From an uncultured Chromatiales bacterium (lineage in GTDB: Bacteria; Pseudomonadota; Gammaproteobacteria; S012-40): 64,000 bases of DNA. Below the pieces are notes generated by a model that searched no databases, had not been told where the DNA came from, and worked only from the letters and a program-made list of their open reading frames with translations. A program made the position numbers and the translations under genes. The stretch is taken from assembly GCA_964442745.1 (NCBI GenBank), contig CAYUAI010000010.1, positions 3,142-67,141 of the forward strand. Direction: 5' to 3'. This document shows positions 60,792 through 64,000 of the stretch, in pieces (the first letter of the stretch is position 1; every line of letters begins with the position of its first letter).

Positions 60792-61547
60792 ATGAACCAT
60801 CCCAGTGTATTGATCGTGGTACCGGCACGCAGTGGCTCTAAGGGCTTACCTAGGAAAAATACCAAACAGCTCGGGGATTTGCCATTGCTGGCATGGACGG
60901 CTGAAGCCATCAAACGAGCTAGCCTAATAAATTGTACGGCGCTATTGAGTACGGATAATGAGGAAATCGCTAGAATCGGTCAAGTGGCTGGGTTGTCCGT
61001 GCCTTTTTTTCGGCCAAACGAACTGGCTCAAGATAACTCAAGTGTGGTTGATGTCGCGTTACATGCGCTGTCATGGCAGTGTCATTGGCAAGCGTTACCG
61101 GATGTTATTATGTTGTTGCAACCGACTTCACCCTTTCGAAATCCGGAAACCATTCGTCAAGCATTATCGCTATTGTATGAAAAAAAAGTGGATGCAGTGA
61201 TTGGTGTTAAAGCTATTTTTCGATCCTTGCAAACGATTTTTTATGCCGATGCCCAAGGTAAGTTATCTGCCCTCAATGCCGAATCAGAAAAATTGGCGAC
61301 CCGCCGTCAAGACGTTGAGCCGTTATTGACTCCCAATGGTGCCATGTATTTGGTTAAAACCGAAGTGTTGCAACAACAAAAGACATTTTTTCCCGCAAGT
61401 ATCTATGGTTTAAAAATGGATGAAATTAGCAGTCATGATATTGACATCCCCGATGATTGGTTGATTGCGGAGGCATTTTATTCAGCACAAAAAACCTGGC
61501 GGCACGACCTTAAATTCAAAAATATAGTGTCAGCACAGAATTTTTAA
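60792..61547 (+). CDS. Acylneuraminate cytidylyltransferase family (CMP-nonulosonic/CMP-Kdo-type sugar activating enzyme)
   Basis: VLIVVPARSGSKGLPRKN is the CTP_transf_3 signature. The RBS is aggagggtgagATG. The ORF track start at 60753 is upstream. Confidence 0.8.
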   Translation: MNHPSVLIVVPARSGSKGLPRKNTKQLGDLPLLAWTAEAIKRASLINCTALLSTDNEEIARIGQVAGLSVPFFRPNELAQDNSSVVDVALHALSWQCHWQALPDVIMLLQPTSPFRNPETIRQALSLLYEKKVDAVIGVKAIFRSLQTIFYADAQGKLSALNAESEKLATRRQDVEPLLTPNGAMYLVKTEVLQQQKTFFPASIYGLKMDEISSHDIDIPDDWLIAEAFYSAQKTWRHDLKFKNIVSAQNF

Positions 61548-61577
61548 TATGAGTTGAATTCAAATGATCCTGGTACG

Positions 61578-64000
61578 TCAAGCGCTGTTCTTCAGATAGT
61601 TCATGAACGCTTGAGCTTCCAGGTTGTTGGGTTGGTTTTTTAAAATATAATCAAAAACCCATTGAGCGGAATCAAAAATTCCTACGCTATAATATAATTT
61701 TCCTAGTTGCATAAACGTGGGAAAATCTTCAGGGTTGTTTTGCAGGTAATCGGTGTAGATGCCAATAGCGGTTTGGTTATTTCCTGCCTTATTGAGCAAT
61801 TCTGCATATATGGGCATAAACGCTTGGGTTAATGTACATAGCCGGTCTAGCAACTTGAGTGCTTCAGGGGTTTGTTGCTTTATCAGATATATTGTCGTTG
61901 CTCGTGATAACGCCTCTTCAATGATGTTTTCTAAGGAAATATCGAGGTACAATGGTAATGCTTGATCTATTTCACCCTGGATATCCCATAAGTAGGCTTG
62001 AGTGATTGCGCGATATTGATGGGTGTCGATATTTTTGAACTCCTGAATTTTAAGTAACAAATCATTGAGTCCTTGAATATTTTTTTGTATGAAATATTGT
62101 TTTGCTTTGTTGCCAATACCTTTTAGCCCCGTATCATCAGCTTGATATTGACGATGAGTTGATTTTTTATTTAACAAGGCTGAGAATTTTTCGTTCATGC
62201 CTTGCAAATAGCATTGGCTAGTTTGGTCTAGGTTTGCATAACTTGCTGCATGCTGGTTTTTCCACAAATGTGCTCGACCAAAATGTTGATCTTTTGTCCA
62301 TCGGCGAGTGAGCCGTTGGAAATCTGGATTATCTTGATCTTCGATAATTCGGGTTTGGGTTTTATCGATGCAGTCTTCAACTCGATGTAAAATAATTCGG
62401 ATGGTTTTTTTATATGTTTTATAATAGGCCTGACTAGCTTTCATGGCTTCTTCGTGGCTGGGTAATTTGTCAGGGGACGGGCTGACAATGCTCATGAATT
62501 CGTTGGCAGCATAGGCGCGTACAAATGATGTAGCATCATGATATGTGGTCTTAAATGTTTCATTTATGATATCCAGCTGTACATTTAAATATGAGAGTGT
62601 TTGGTGATTGTCAGTCTGTTTGATTTTGGCAAGAAATTTTAATGCCTGATGGGTTAATTTTTTTATTTTGTTTAATTGTGCGTGCAGTTTTTCCAGCTCT
62701 GTCATGGAAGCTTGTCGAATGTTGATTCGATCCTGTGCGGAGAGCGTCGGGATTGCATCATGAATCGTTTGAGCCATCATTTGTTCAATAGACGTCAATT
62801 GAATATTTTGTATGGGGATATAGTCAACATCAGCTAATTGGGTTGCATACCCGGTTGGATTAATCACCGTATGACCGGAGGCTTTGGCTTGCTTGGCGAG
62901 ATTTTCCATGGGCTTGATGGCGTTAACAAAATAACGACTGGTTTCGGCTTGCCGACCGTCATTGGTGGTCACCACTAGGTTGTTATTAGTGATCAAGGGA
63001 CCAGCTTTGTATTCATTGCTGCCTTTGGCGTGGGTATAACCTTCCGGGCTAAAGCATAAATCAACGCCACAAAGAATGATTTGTTTAAATCCCATAATAA
63101 TTGCTGTATGTATGGCTGTGTTGATGACGGTGGGGGCACAAATGTCAAAATTTTTCTGATTCGCGGGTGTAAACCATGGGTATTTGGTGCCTAAAAAAGC
63201 AGTTTTACCATTATATTGTCCCAGTAGCATGTGATTCACATGATTACCATTAATCAATAAAATGTCGTTGAATTTTAGAATCTCTTTGCTGTTGTCAAAG
63301 CTTTTTTGGGTTGGATCAATACTAACAAAAATATCAGGCACTAAATCGACTTCTAATAAGCGTTTGCACATTCGTGGCGCTGCGATTACTACTATATTTT
63401 TTCGGTTTTTTTTAATCCAGTCGATATAGTCATCTAATGATGGGCCGCCGCCCAAAATGACACAAGAATGTCCGCAGAAAATGTTTTTAATAAATAAACT
63501 TGGCTGAATATTATCTGGAATATTTAGCAACATTTGGTCAATAAAGAATTTTTCTTGCAGAATGGTTCTGATTTTTTGCACCACTCGATGGGCATCTTGA
63601 GTTAGTTGTGAGGCGAGTGGAATATAGTCAGATAGATGGGCCTCTTTAGACGCGATAGAATGCGTAAATTGTACGCTGTTAGTGAGAGCGTAACGTTCCA
63701 AATCAAGTTTTTTTGCGGTATTATGCCAGTCATCAATGATGCATAGGTCTATATTTTTATGGATGGGAAATGAGGGAACCTGACGACGGATTAAATCAAT
63801 GACAGGCGCAAAGTCGACAAAAAGATAACGACAATTTTTGTTGTTGTGCTTGAGAATATGATGTACTAATAATCCTGAGTCGGTACCGATAATAAGATGA
63901 AATTGATTTTCTTGAAAGATATTTCTCCCATAAATTTTTTGATAAATATCGCTGGAACATGTTTGGGCGAAGGTGTTACCTGTTACCGAGTAAAGGTATC
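61578..64000 (-). CDS. maf: Maf/DUF115 protein with C-terminal TPR repeats; 5' end lies beyond the window
   Basis: The DUF115 core is CVILGGGPSLDDYIDWIKKNRKNIVVIAAP...PDIFVSIDP. The C-terminal ~150 aa are TPR-like. By manual translation the minus-strand frame stays open from 63701 to 64000, with no stop. The track start at 63701 is simply the first TTG after the window edge. Confidence 0.75.
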   Translation of the reverse strand, partial: YLYSVTGNTFAQTCSSDIYQKIYGRNIFQENQFHLIIGTDSGLLVHHILKHNNKNCRYLFVDFAPVIDLIRRQVPSFPIHKNIDLCIIDDWHNTAKKLDLERYALTNSVQFTHSIASKEAHLSDYIPLASQLTQDAHRVVQKIRTILQEKFFIDQMLLNIPDNIQPSLFIKNIFCGHSCVILGGGPSLDDYIDWIKKNRKNIVVIAAPRMCKRLLEVDLVPDIFVSIDPTQKSFDNSKEILKFNDILLINGNHVNHMLLGQYNGKTAFLGTKYPWFTPANQKNFDICAPTVINTAIHTAIIMGFKQIILCGVDLCFSPEGYTHAKGSNEYKAGPLITNNNLVVTTNDGRQAETSRYFVNAIKPMENLAKQAKASGHTVINPTGYATQLADVDYIPIQNIQLTSIEQMMAQTIHDAIPTLSAQDRINIRQASMTELEKLHAQLNKIKKLTHQALKFLAKIKQTDNHQTLSYLNVQLDIINETFKTTYHDATSFVRAYAANEFMSIVSPSPDKLPSHEEAMKASQAYYKTYKKTIRIILHRVEDCIDKTQTRIIEDQDNPDFQRLTRRWTKDQHFGRAHLWKNQHAASYANLDQTSQCYLQGMNEKFSALLNKKSTHRQYQADDTGLKGIGNKAKQYFIQKNIQGLNDLLLKIQEFKNIDTHQYRAITQAYLWDIQGEIDQALPLYLDISLENIIEEALSRATTIYLIKQQTPEALKLLDRLCTLTQAFMPIYAELLNKAGNNQTAIGIYTDYLQNNPEDFPTFMQLGKLYYSVGIFDSAQWVFDYILKNQPNNLEAQAFMNYLKNSA

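Noticed and set aside
1-64000. Search for tRNA, rRNA, CRISPR arrays, and transposase or integrase genes
   Set aside because: No cloverleaf-like sequences with a GTTCGAATC-type T-loop and CCA context were found. No ribosomal RNA signatures, no repeat-spacer arrays and no DDE or tyrosine recombinase ORFs were seen by eye. Absence is based on manual reading only.

Overview
This 64 kb window reads as a moderately AT-rich gammaproteobacterial chromosome segment. The core genes are rppH-ptsP, guaB-guaA-tadA and ribD. Three accessory blocks stand out.

- **Multiheme cytochromes (about 2.7-7.7 kb).** Two tandem paralogous lipoprotein genes each encode three N-terminal PKD/Ig-like repeats followed by 18 and 22 CxxCH heme-binding motifs. 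The hemes sit in paired-CxxCH modules of about 45 aa. Upstream is a 1.3 kb ORF-free leader; downstream is a roughly 260 bp nested inverted-repeat element and then a PEP-CTERM exosortase-substrate protein. I rate this the most likely candidate for an undescribed extracellular or periplasmic electron-transfer system.
- **Arsenosugar-type trio (27.5-30.7 kb).** An ArsS radical SAM protein, an ArsM methyltransferase and a TIGR04282/DUF2064 glycosyltransferase are transcribed divergently from an ECF sigma/anti-sigma pair.
- **Flagellar region (30.7-46.5 kb).** flgNMA, a degenerate cheV-like gene, cheR, flgBCDEFGHI, a 2.4 kb insertion, a single-domain flgJ, and flgKL.
- **Likely flagellin-glycosylation island (46.6 to beyond 64 kb).** It combines three Maf/DUF115 proteins, a CgeB-like glycosyltransferase, three radical SAM proteins (one B12-binding), a GmhA-like isomerase, a reversed-order HldE-like nucleotidyltransferase/kinase fusion, an SDR epimerase, a TPP-dependent E1 alpha/beta pair and a NeuA-like CMP transferase. 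No canonical pse/leg synthase genes are present in the window.

Other notable items are a decayed sigma-54 activator pseudogene, an orphan rfbB, a sigma-54 promoter before flgB and a sigma-28-like promoter before flgM, and G8-G9 homopolymer tracts in and upstream of flgK. No tRNA, rRNA, CRISPR array or transposase was found.

All coordinates and start sites come from manual reading of the sequence and the supplied ORF track. The track reports TTG/GTG starts as M and truncates ORFs that run off the window edge.
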